Below are positions 29,250 through 37,817 of a DNA stretch of 64,000 bases, one piece after another. This DNA is from Caulobacteraceae bacterium (GTDB taxonomy: Bacteria > Pseudomonadota > Alphaproteobacteria > Caulobacterales > Caulobacteraceae). The stretch is taken from assembly GCA_030446805.1 (NCBI GenBank), contig JAUJMO010000001.1:365385-429384 (forward strand), given 5' to 3'. Every line of letters starts with the position of its first letter. Position 1 is the first letter of the stretch. The position numbers and the translations under genes are program-made. The notes under the pieces were generated by a model, which was not told the origin of the DNA, searched no databases, and worked only from the letters and a program-made list of their open reading frames with translations.

Positions 29250-30341
29250 TTGTCCAAGCCCGCATCGTCCAGAACGCGCCGGCCGGAAGGCCTGGTCATC
29301 TCCATCGACGCCATGGGCGGCGACCATGGTCCGTCCGTGGTGGTCCCGGCCGTGGCTCGAGCGTGCGAGAGGCTGGACGGCCAGCCGGTCCGCTTTCTCC
29401 TGCACGGAGACGCCGCTCGATTGCAGCCGGAACTCGCGCGTACACCCGCCGCGGCCTGTGTCACCGAGGTCCGGCACACGCCGCTGCTGGTCAGCATGGA
29501 CGAGAAGCCTGCCTATGCGCTGCGCCGCTCCAAGGGCTCCAGCCTGTGGAACGCGATCGAGAGCGTAAAGAGCGGTGAGGCCCAGGCGGTGGTGTCGGCG
29601 GGCAACACGGGCGCCCTGATGGCCATCTCGCGGCTGGTGCTGCGCATGGCGGAGGGGATGGACCGCCCGGCGATCGTCGCCAACTGGCCGTCGGCTCGCG
29701 GGATCTGCGCGGTCCTGGACGTGGGCGCCAATGTGGTCAGCGACGCCGAGCAGCTGGTGCAGTTCGCCATCATGGGCTCGGCCTTTCACCGGGCGGTGCA
29801 CGGCCAGGCGCAGCCCACCGTCGGCCTGCTGAACGTGGGCTCCGAGGAGATGAAGGGTCACGAAGAGGTTCGCGAGGCGCACCGCCTGCTCAGCGAAACC
29901 GGACTGGATATCGACTACCGCGGCTTCGTCGAGGGCGACGACATCGCCAAGGGCACGGTCGACGTGGTGGTCACCGACGGCTTCACCGGCAATGTGGCGC
30001 TGAAAACCGCCGAGGGCACGGCTCGCTTCATCTCCGCCCTGCTGCGGGAGACTTTGACCTCGTCCTTGTGGGCCAAGCTCGGGGCCCTGTCCGCCGCGCC
30101 CGCCCTGCAGCGGATGAAGGACCGGATCGACCCTCGCACCATCAACGGCGGACCCTTGCTTGGGCTGAACGGCATCGTGGTGAAAAGCCACGGCGGCACG
30201 GACGCGGTCGGCTTCGGCAACGCAATCAAGGTTGCGGCCGACCTGGCCCGCAGCGACTACGCCTCGGAGATCGAGCGCAACATGCTGCGGCTGTCCACGG
30301 TGCTGCATTCCGATCAGCCGACCGCCCAGGCGGCCGAGTGA
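29250..30341 (+). CDS. plsX: Phosphate acyltransferase PlsX
   Basis: It carries the IDAMGGDHGP motif. The TTG start at 29250 is uncertain and the true start may be slightly downstream. Confidence 0.9.
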   Translation: MSKPASSRTRRPEGLVISIDAMGGDHGPSVVVPAVARACERLDGQPVRFLLHGDAARLQPELARTPAAACVTEVRHTPLLVSMDEKPAYALRRSKGSSLWNAIESVKSGEAQAVVSAGNTGALMAISRLVLRMAEGMDRPAIVANWPSARGICAVLDVGANVVSDAEQLVQFAIMGSAFHRAVHGQAQPTVGLLNVGSEEMKGHEEVREAHRLLSETGLDIDYRGFVEGDDIAKGTVDVVVTDGFTGNVALKTAEGTARFISALLRETLTSSLWAKLGALSAAPALQRMKDRIDPRTINGGPLLGLNGIVVKSHGGTDAVGFGNAIKVAADLARSDYASEIERNMLRLSTVLHSDQPTAQAAE

Positions 30342-31312
30342 TGCTGCGTTCGGCCATCATCGGCGTCGGCGGCTTTCTCCCCGAAACGGTCCAGACCAAC
30401 GAGGACTTGGCCAAGTTCGTGGACACCTCGGACGCCTGGATTCAGGAGCGAACGGGAATCAGGAAACGGCACCGGGCGCGCGACGACCAGCCGGTTTCCG
30501 ATCTGGCGCTGGAGGCGTCCAAGCGCGCGCTGGCGGCTGCGGGGCGCACGGCCGAGCAGTTGGACCTCATCGTGGTGGCGACCACCACGCCGGACCTGAC
30601 CTTCCCCTCCACGGCCTCGATCCTGCAGCGGAAGCTGGGCGCGCCCGTGCTGACCGCGTTCGACGTCCAGGCCGTGTGCTCGGGCTTTGTCTATGCGATG
30701 TCGGTGGCCGACGGCTTCGTCGCGCGCGGACTGTCCAAGTGCGCGCTGGTGGTGGGAGCCGAGGCCATGACGCGGCTGATGGACTACACCGATCGAGGCA
30801 CCTGCGTGCTGTTCGGCGATGGCGCGGGCGCGGTCGTGGTCGAGCCGGTGGAAGGGCAGGGGACGACCGCGGACCGCGGCCTGCTTGGTTTCTCCCTCCG
30901 CTCCGATGGCACCAAACAGGACCTGCTCTACGTCGATGGCGGACCTTCGACCACGGGCACGGTGGGCAAGCTGCGCATGGTGGGCAATCACGTGTTCAAG
31001 CACGCGGTGGTCAACATCTCGGAGGCGGTCGTATCCGCGGCCAAGGTGGCGGGCGTCGAAGTGTCCGACGTCGACTGGTTCATCCCGCACCAGGCGAACC
31101 AGCGGATCCTCAAAGGCGTGGCCGATCGGCTGGGGATCGACGAGGCCAAGGTGATCTCCACAGTGGCCGATCACGCAAACACCTCGGCCGCCTCCATTCC
31201 CCTGGCCATGGACGTCGCCGTTCGAGACGGCCGCATCAAACCGGGCGACCTCCTGCTCATGGAGGCCATGGGGGGCGGCTTGACCTGGGGCGCCTGCGTC
31301 GTTCGCTATTGA
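30341..31312 (+). CDS. fabH: 3-oxoacyl-ACP synthase III
   Basis: ATG 30341 lies within ORF 30068..31312. The catalytic Cys is in AVCSGFVYA, with HQANQRI and NTSAASIP motifs. Confidence 0.92.
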   Translation: MLRSAIIGVGGFLPETVQTNEDLAKFVDTSDAWIQERTGIRKRHRARDDQPVSDLALEASKRALAAAGRTAEQLDLIVVATTTPDLTFPSTASILQRKLGAPVLTAFDVQAVCSGFVYAMSVADGFVARGLSKCALVVGAEAMTRLMDYTDRGTCVLFGDGAGAVVVEPVEGQGTTADRGLLGFSLRSDGTKQDLLYVDGGPSTTGTVGKLRMVGNHVFKHAVVNISEAVVSAAKVAGVEVSDVDWFIPHQANQRILKGVADRLGIDEAKVISTVADHANTSAASIPLAMDVAVRDGRIKPGDLLLMEAMGGGLTWGACVVRY

Positions 31313-31668
31313 AGCCGGGGCGGAGGGGGACGTTCCCTTTCATTCCGACGGAGACGCCTCTCCAGTGAGCGCAAGCCTATCCTGGGCCGTCCACAAGAGA
31401 GAACCCCTTCCTCCGACACCACCGAGGCCATCAGAGCCTTGACCGGAGGGACCGAGCGGCGGGTCGATATCACGCAGTGCGGTCAGAGCTACCTTTCATT
31501 AGGCTCAGCGTGCGAGGTCGAGGAGCGGCGGCTGGCTGCTAGAAACTCCGATTGCGCTTGGACGCGCGCCCGGCGCCGCCTCTCGATCGGGCGGCGGTCG
31601 ACGAACGAAGATCCACTGGCTCCGAGGACACGCCCGGAGCCGAACCATTGAACGAGACAAGGCTGTTC

Positions 31669-34600
31669 ATGTCGGACGACATCGTAGTCGCGCACACAAG
31701 CCTCTCCGGATGCGCCTGCCCGGCCTGCTCCGGCGCGGACATCTCGCTCGACCCTCAGGCGGGCGGCGTGTCGGAGACGAAGCCCATCTGGTCGCCCGAC
31801 CAGATCGCGGCGTACCTCAACCGTACGGGCCTGTCCTGGAAGCCGGGAGCCGGGAACGCCGTCCAAAGCGATGGCGACCAGAGGGTGATCAACTTCGGCT
31901 TTCACGAGAGCCAGGCCACGCTCGCCGCCAACGGCTATCGCTGGTTGGACCCCGTGACGGGCCGAAATACGGTCTGGGCGGAGTACAACAACTTTGCGGC
32001 GTTCAGCGAGGCGCAGCGTACGGCGGCCCGGGAGGCCCTTCAGTACTGGGACGACGTGGTCGCGGTCTCCCTGGCGGAGTCGCACGTCGATCAGGCCGAC
32101 ATCGCCTTCGGCAACCTGGCGAGCGCGCCGACGACCCAGGCTTTTGCGATCCTTCCCTCGAACAACATCTACTTCAACCCGGATTACACGCCCGAGCAGA
32201 ATGCGGCCAACAACGCCCAGGTGCTGGATCTGGCGGGGGACATCTGGATCTCCGCCAGCCAGGTCAGCAACTCGCAGCTGGACGAGGGCGGGTACGGGAT
32301 GCACACCCTGGCTCATGAGATCGGCCACGCGATCGGCATCAGCCATCCCGGCCGCTACAACGCCGCGCCTGGGGTGAGCATCACCTACGCCAACAATGCG
32401 GAGTACGCGCAGGACACGCGCGCCTATTCGGTGATGTCCTACTTCAACGGGACCGCGGCCCAGGGCGCCCGTCACTTCGACTTCCGCACGGCCAGCACCG
32501 CTTATTCGGCCACGCCGCTGATCCACGACATCGCCGCGGCTCAGCGGATCTACGGCGCGGACATGACGACCCGTACAGGGGACACCACCTACGGCTTCAA
32601 CAGCAACGCCGCGCGGGACGCCTTCGATTTCGTCAAGACGCCCGCTCCGGTGATGGCGATCTGGGACGCCGGCGGGATCGACACCCTGGACGCCTCCGGC
32701 TTCGTCACCACCCAGCTGATCGATCTTACCCCCGGCTCGCTCAGCAGCATCGGCGGGGTGACCTTCGATACGGCGCCCTCCTTCGAGCAGGTCAACGCCA
32801 ACCGCGCCGCGGCGGGCCTCCCGCCGGTGAGCCAGACCAACTACGACGCCAACATGGCGGCGCTGAAGGCCAACCCGGTCGTCGGCCGCCTGTTGGACAA
32901 TGTGGCCATCGCCTATGGCGTGACCGTCGAGAACGCTCGGGGCGGGTCGGGCTCGGACACCATCGTTGGCAACGCTGCGAACAATCAGTTGTTCGGCAAC
33001 GCTGGCTCCGATGTTCTGACCGGCAAGGAAGGGAACGATCTGCTGGACGGCGGCTCGGGCGCCGACCGGTTGGCCGGAGGAACGGGCGACGACCGCTATG
33101 TGGTCGACGATCTCGGCGACGTCGTGACGGAGCTGGCGGGGGAGGGCGTGGATCTGGTCGAGAGCTCCGTCGACTACGTGCTGGGGGCCGGACTCGAGAA
33201 CCTGAAGCTGACCGGGACGGCCCTGGCGGGCACGGGGAACGCCGGATCCAATGCGCTGACCGGCAATGCGGCGGCCAACACGCTCAAGGGCCTCGACGGG
33301 GACGACGTGCTGGCGGGCGAGGGCGGCGACGACCGCCTGGAAGGCGGCGCGGGCAAGGACAAGCTCGAGGGCGGCGGAGGCGCTGACGATCTGCATGGCC
33401 AGGACGGCGACGACCTGATCGGCGGCCAGGATGGCGACGACTTCGTCCTGGGCGGTGGGGGCGCGGATCACCTGTACGGCGACGCCGGGGACGACGTCAT
33501 CGGCGGGCAGGACGGCGACGACCTCTTGGTCGGCGGCGCCGGCCGCGACCATTTGATCGGCGAAGCGGGGGACGACCGGATCGGCGGCCAGGATGGCGAC
33601 GACTTCGTCTTGGGGGGGCTCGGGGCGGACGCCCTGAACGGCGAAGCGGGTGACGACGTGATGGGCGGGCAGGAGGACAACGACTTCCTCCTCGGCGGCG
33701 CCGGCCGCGACCGGCTGTTCGGCGATGCCGGGGACGACGTTGTCGGCGGTCAGGAGGACGACGACGTCATCAACGGCGGAAGCGGTCGTGACCTTCTGTA
33801 CGGCGATGCGGGCGATGACCAGGTGGTGGGCGGCGCGGACAGCGACCGCCTGTTCGGTGGCGACGGCGACGATCTGCTCGCAGGTGAAGACGGCGACGAC
33901 CGCCTGGAAGGCGGCGCGGGCAAGGACAAGCTCGAGGGCGGCGGAGGCGCTGACGATCTGCATGGCCAGGACGGCGACGACCTGATCGGCGGCCAGGATG
34001 GCGACGACTTCGTCCTGGGCGGTGGGGGCGCGGATCACCTGTACGGCGACGCCGGGGACGACGTCATCGGCGGGCAGGACGGCGACGACCTCTTGGTCGG
34101 CGGCGCCGGCCGCGACCATTTGATCGGCGAAGCGGGGGACGACCGGATCGGCGGCCAGGATGGCGACGACTTCGTCTTGGGGGGGCTCGGGGCGGACGCC
34201 CTGAACGGCGAAGCGGGTGACGACGTGATGGGCGGGCAGGAGGACAACGACTTCCTCCTCGGCGGCGCCGGCCGCGACCGGCTGTTCGGCGATGCCGGGG
34301 ACGACGTCGTCGGCGGTCAGGAGGACGACGACGTCATCAACGGCGGTAGCGGCCGTGACCTTCTGTACGGCGATGCGGGCGATGACCAGGTGGCAGGCGA
34401 CGCGGACAGCGACCGCCTGGAAGGCGGCGCGGGCAAAGACAAGCTCGACGGGGGCGCCGGCGATGACGATCTGCATGGCCAGGACGGCGATGATCACCTG
34501 GAAGGCGGCTTGGGTCGCGACCTCATCTTCGGCGGGGTGGGGAATGACATCATCTTCGGCGGCGGCGACGCGGACCAGCTTTTCGGTGGGGCTGGCGCGG

Positions 34601-34905
34601 ATCGCTTCGGGTTCCAGTCCACGGCGGACTCCGCCATCGGCGCGAGCGACATCATCGTCGACTTCAACCTGCTCGAAGGCGACCTGATCGACCTGTCCGC
34701 GATCGACGCCGTCTCCCACACGGCAGCGGACGAGGCCTTCACCTTTGTCACGGAGTTCTCCAACCAGGCGGGCCAGGCGGTGCTCCGCTACGATGCGGCG
34801 GCCAACACCACGACCGTGCAGCTCGATGTGGACGGAGACGGCCGGGCCGACTTCGGCCTGGCCATAGCGGGGCAGGTGAGCTCCGCGGACGGTTGGGTGC
34901 TCTAG
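31669..34905 (+). CDS. Serralysin-like (M10B) zinc metalloprotease with greatly expanded RTX Ca2+-binding repeat region
   Basis: ATG 31669 lies within ORF 31552..34905. It has the metzincin HEIGHAIGISH motif plus a Met-turn (YSVMSYF), dozens of GGxGxD nonapeptide repeats, and a C-terminal T1SS-type domain ending ...SSADGWVL. Confidence 0.85.
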   Translation: MSDDIVVAHTSLSGCACPACSGADISLDPQAGGVSETKPIWSPDQIAAYLNRTGLSWKPGAGNAVQSDGDQRVINFGFHESQATLAANGYRWLDPVTGRNTVWAEYNNFAAFSEAQRTAAREALQYWDDVVAVSLAESHVDQADIAFGNLASAPTTQAFAILPSNNIYFNPDYTPEQNAANNAQVLDLAGDIWISASQVSNSQLDEGGYGMHTLAHEIGHAIGISHPGRYNAAPGVSITYANNAEYAQDTRAYSVMSYFNGTAAQGARHFDFRTASTAYSATPLIHDIAAAQRIYGADMTTRTGDTTYGFNSNAARDAFDFVKTPAPVMAIWDAGGIDTLDASGFVTTQLIDLTPGSLSSIGGVTFDTAPSFEQVNANRAAAGLPPVSQTNYDANMAALKANPVVGRLLDNVAIAYGVTVENARGGSGSDTIVGNAANNQLFGNAGSDVLTGKEGNDLLDGGSGADRLAGGTGDDRYVVDDLGDVVTELAGEGVDLVESSVDYVLGAGLENLKLTGTALAGTGNAGSNALTGNAAANTLKGLDGDDVLAGEGGDDRLEGGAGKDKLEGGGGADDLHGQDGDDLIGGQDGDDFVLGGGGADHLYGDAGDDVIGGQDGDDLLVGGAGRDHLIGEAGDDRIGGQDGDDFVLGGLGADALNGEAGDDVMGGQEDNDFLLGGAGRDRLFGDAGDDVVGGQEDDDVINGGSGRDLLYGDAGDDQVVGGADSDRLFGGDGDDLLAGEDGDDRLEGGAGKDKLEGGGGADDLHGQDGDDLIGGQDGDDFVLGGGGADHLYGDAGDDVIGGQDGDDLLVGGAGRDHLIGEAGDDRIGGQDGDDFVLGGLGADALNGEAGDDVMGGQEDNDFLLGGAGRDRLFGDAGDDVVGGQEDDDVINGGSGRDLLYGDAGDDQVAGDADSDRLEGGAGKDKLDGGAGDDDLHGQDGDDHLEGGLGRDLIFGGVGNDIIFGGGDADQLFGGAGADRFGFQSTADSAIGASDIIVDFNLLEGDLIDLSAIDAVSHTAADEAFTFVTEFSNQAGQAVLRYDAAANTTTVQLDVDGDGRADFGLAIAGQVSSADGWVL
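33324..34450 (+). repeat. Intragenic tandem duplication, 567-bp unit (x2 plus the start of a third)
   Basis: 33324-33740 is identical by eye to 33891-34307. The first mismatch is 33741 t versus 34308 c, followed by a few substitutions. 34411-34449 re-matches the unit start (33331-). The identical reverse-frame ORFs 33468..33680 and 34035..34247 in the track confirm the 567-nt period. Confidence 0.9.
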
Positions 34906-34926
34906 CCGCCCGCGGCGCGGTCTAGA

Positions 34927-34981
34927 GGTGCGGGGCGCTGCCCGCACCCTGCACGCGCGGAACGGGACGGGGCTCCGTCCC
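34927..34981 (+). terminator. Two GC-rich hairpins downstream of the RTX protease gene (putative terminator region)
   Basis: GGTGCGGG-gcgctg-CCCGCACC spans 34927-34948 and GGGACGG-ggct-CCGTCCC spans 34964-34981. Neither is followed by a T-run. Confidence 0.35.
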
Positions 34982-35159
34982 ATCTCACATCCGGCGATCC
35001 GTTGCTCAGCGTAGGCCTGGGCGGGGTCGCAGCGAGGTCGACCAGTCGCAAGTCCAAAGGGAGCACACCCGGAGAAAGGCTCGTCTTGACAGGCGCTTGG
35101 CCCCATGCGCGCATCCGGTGGTGCAGGCTGGCTGAGTCGGCGGGATGACGGGGGCGGCG

Positions 35160-35474
35160 ATGGTGGGAACCGTGACACGGGCGGACTTGGCCGAGGCCGT
35201 GCATTCGGCCGTCGGCCTGACCCGGCAGGACTGCGCCCAGATGGTGGAACGCACCCTGGACCTGGTGGTGGAGGCCCTGGGCCGGGGCGAAGAGGTCAAG
35301 CTTTCCGGCTTCGGGGTGTTTCAGGTCCGGGCCAAGCGGGCGCGCATGGGACGCAACCCCAAGACGGGAGAACCCGCAGAGATCGGTTCACGACGGGTGA
35401 TCAGCTTCCGGGCCTCGCAATTGCTCAAGGCGCGGGTGAGCGCGGCGGTTGCACGGCGGGGGACGGCGTCGTGA
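35160..35474 (+). CDS. ihfA: Integration host factor subunit alpha
   Basis: It belongs to the HU/IHF family (GFGVFQVRAKRARMGRNPKTGE). ATG 35160 lies within ORF 35145..35474. Confidence 0.9.
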   Translation: MVGTVTRADLAEAVHSAVGLTRQDCAQMVERTLDLVVEALGRGEEVKLSGFGVFQVRAKRARMGRNPKTGEPAEIGSRRVISFRASQLLKARVSAAVARRGTAS

Positions 35475-35488
35475 CCGAGCTCCGCGCG

Positions 35489-35932
35489 ATGGCGAAGACC
35501 GCGGACGCCTTCCGCACGATCTCGGAAGCCGCCGACGAGATCGGGGTGCCCCAGCATGTGCTGCGGTTTTGGGAAACCAAGTTCTCCTTTGTGCGGCCCA
35601 TGAAGCGGGCCGGCGGGCGGCGCTTCTACCGGCCGCAGGACATCGCGGTGCTGCGTGGGGTCCGCACCCTGCTGCACGACGAAGGCTACACCATCAAGGG
35701 CGTGCAGCGGCTGCACAAGGAGCAGGGCATGCGTCGGCTGATGGCCGCCGGCCAGCCTGGGGCGGAGATCGTGGATCTGCCGCCGCCTTCGCCCGAAGTC
35801 GTCCCCTTCGAGCTGGAGGAGGAGATCGGCGGCCCCGAGCCCATGCTGGATCGCGAGGCGCTGCAGGCGCTGCGCGAGGAGCTTCTGGAAGCCAAGTTCA
35901 AGCTGGATGCGGTACTCCAGGGCATCGACTGA
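35489..35932 (+). CDS. MerR family transcriptional regulator
   Basis: The HTH is RTISEAADEIGVPQHVLRFWE. It occupies the conserved position after ihfA. An alternative GTG start at 35471 overlaps the ihfA stop. Confidence 0.8.
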   Translation: MAKTADAFRTISEAADEIGVPQHVLRFWETKFSFVRPMKRAGGRRFYRPQDIAVLRGVRTLLHDEGYTIKGVQRLHKEQGMRRLMAAGQPGAEIVDLPPPSPEVVPFELEEEIGGPEPMLDREALQALREELLEAKFKLDAVLQGID

Positions 35933-35979
35933 AATCGGCGATTGCGGCGGGGAGTTCGCCCGGTTACAAGCCGCCGCTT

Positions 35980-36056
<77 letters not shown>

Positions 36057-36086
36057 TTTCACGACGAAGCGCCCCGGGGCCGTCGT

Positions 36087-36290
36087 TCATCGCCTGGACC
36101 CCCGTTCCAGCCAGGCGATCAGCGGGAAGAGCGGAAAGCCCCAGGCGATCCCGGCCACCGCGAAAAAGGCCAACTGCGCGAATCGGTTGTCTGGCAGGCG
36201 TGCGGCGATCAGGGTGGCCACCCAGATATACAGGGCCATGAACCCCACGATCGCAAAGGCGCCGAAGATCTTACGGATCCGGGGGGGCAT
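36087..36290 (-). CDS. DUF2842 family small membrane protein
   Basis: ATG 36290 lies within ORF 36087..36503. The sequence is MPPRIRKIFGAFAIVGFMALYIW...IAWGFPLFPLIAW, with two TM helices. It neighbours ctaA, as in many alphaproteobacteria. Confidence 0.6.
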   Translation of the reverse strand: MPPRIRKIFGAFAIVGFMALYIWVATLIAARLPDNRFAQLAFFAVAGIAWGFPLFPLIAWLERGSRR

Positions 36291-36360
36291 GGGCGGGCTC
36301 CAAACGAGAAACGCCGCGGACGTGATGTCCGCGGCGCTCCAGCTCCAACTGTATGGAAGG

Positions 36361-36615
36361 TCAGCGCGCGCCGCGCTTGACCAGCCCCAGCAGGAACAGC
36401 AGCAGGATCGCGCCGATGGTGGCGAAGATGATGCTTTCGATCCAGCCCTCAACGCCGATGTCCAGCAGGCCGGCGAGCAGGCCGCCCAGCAAGGCGCCGC
36501 CAAGGCCGACCAGCAGGTTGGTCAGCAGGCCGTGGTTCCGGTTCATCACTTTCTCGGCGATGAAGCCGGCGATGATCCCCACGATGATCGTCGCGATAAT
36601 CCCCATGCCGTTCAT
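36361..36615 (-). CDS. GlsB/YeaQ/YmgE family stress-response membrane protein
   Basis: 84 aa, a Gly-rich three-TM protein (GIIATIIVGIIAGFIA...LLVGLGGALLGG). Confidence 0.8.
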   Translation of the reverse strand: MNGMGIIATIIVGIIAGFIAEKVMNRNHGLLTNLLVGLGGALLGGLLAGLLDIGVEGWIESIIFATIGAILLLFLLGLVKRGAR

Positions 36616-36656
36616 AGTTCCGCTCCCTTTATCGCCCAGTTGTCGAGGAGCTTAAT

Positions 36657-37817
36657 GTGAAGCTGTCTTTAAGGTTCCAGCCGAGCTTGGGCGCGGGCCG
36701 GTGGGACGGCGCCTCCCAGGGCGGGCGCAGCCGGGCGGTCGCGCTCTGGCTCGCGGGAGTGGCCTTGCTGGTTTTCGCCATGGTCGTGGTCGGCGGGGCC
36801 ACACGCCTGACGGACTCCGGGCTGTCCATCACGGAGTGGCGGCCGGTCACCGGCGCGGTTCCCCCTCTGAGCGATGCGGGGTGGGCGGCGGAGTTCGAAA
36901 AATACCGGCGAATCCCGGAGTATCGTTACGTCAACGCCGGCATGAGCCTGGCGGAGTTCAAGACCATCTTCTGGTGGGAATGGGGACACCGCTTTCTAGG
37001 CCGTATCATCGGCCTGGCCTTCGCCGCGCCCTTCTTGGTGTTCCTGGCGACACGGCGGATTCCGCGCGGCTTGGCGGGGCGTTGCTGGCTCTTGTTGGGC
37101 TTGGGCGGGCTTCAGGGCGCGGTCGGCTGGTGGATGGTGAGCAGCGGCTTGTCGGAGCGGGTCGACGTGGCGCCGGAGCGACTGACGGTGCACCTGGGAT
37201 TGGCCCTGGTGCTGCTCGGCGCCCTGGTCTGGACCGCGCTCGACGCTTGGCGCGGCCCCGCGAGAGGTGCCGGGCGAGACGCGCCTGTGGGAGCCTATGG
37301 GCTCTTTGCGTTGGTGTTCGTGCAATGCCTGCTGGGCGGGCTGGTGGCCGGCAACGACGCGGGGCGGGCCTACACCGACTGGCCGCTCATGGGCGGGCGG
37401 CTGTTCCCGACCGAGTATGCGCACACCGACGGGCTTTGGCGCACGATGACCCATAGCCTGGCCGCCGTGCAGCTGCATCACCGGCTCACCGGCTATCTGC
37501 TTTTTGTCGCCGCTTGGGCTTTCCTGGCCTTCACCGTTCGGAGAACCCGCCGGGCGCTCAAGGCTTGGGCCGCGATCCTGGCTGTGGTGGTGACGGGCCA
37601 GATGCTGCTCGGCGTCGTGACCTTGATCTCCGCCGCACCCGTGGGATTGGGCATCCTGCACCAGGCCGGGGCGGTTCTGACCTTTGCGGCGGCCACGGTG
37701 CTGGCCTGGACGGCACGTCGCAGCCCTGGGCGGGATGAAGTTCCTGCGACGGGCTGGACCGAAAGGCCCGTGTCGGCCAAGGGAGCGACCGACACGGTTC
37801 TCGGAGCTGCGACTTGA
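36657..37817 (+). CDS. ctaA: Heme A synthase (COX15/CtaA family)
   Basis: It is multi-TM with GGATRLTDSGLSITEW and conserved His-containing helices. The GTG start is uncertain. Confidence 0.85.
   Translation: MKLSLRFQPSLGAGRWDGASQGGRSRAVALWLAGVALLVFAMVVVGGATRLTDSGLSITEWRPVTGAVPPLSDAGWAAEFEKYRRIPEYRYVNAGMSLAEFKTIFWWEWGHRFLGRIIGLAFAAPFLVFLATRRIPRGLAGRCWLLLGLGGLQGAVGWWMVSSGLSERVDVAPERLTVHLGLALVLLGALVWTALDAWRGPARGAGRDAPVGAYGLFALVFVQCLLGGLVAGNDAGRAYTDWPLMGGRLFPTEYAHTDGLWRTMTHSLAAVQLHHRLTGYLLFVAAWAFLAFTVRRTRRALKAWAAILAVVVTGQMLLGVVTLISAAPVGLGILHQAGAVLTFAAATVLAWTARRSPGRDEVPATGWTERPVSAKGATDTVLGAAT

Noticed and set aside
31336-31500. 9-nt direct repeat CCTTTCATT (31336-31344 and 31492-31500) in the RTX gene leader, considered as a target-site duplication
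   Set aside because: Both copies lie on the same side of the inserted gene rather than flanking it. A 9-mer recurring within about 350 nt is not clearly beyond chance.
33000-34700. Highly periodic DNA that could be mistaken for a CRISPR array or satellite
   Set aside because: The periodicity is the 27-nt GGxGxDxxx nonapeptide code plus a 567-bp duplication, all inside one open reading frame. There is no repeat-spacer architecture, leader or cas genes.
31489-35178. 1229-aa ORF on the minus strand, the longest in the window
   Set aside because: It is exactly antisense to the RTX protease gene. Its product is a monotonous V/A/D/Q repeat that mirrors the GGxGxD codons (GAC/GGC read backwards). 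The plus-strand frame carries unambiguous metzincin and RTX motifs.
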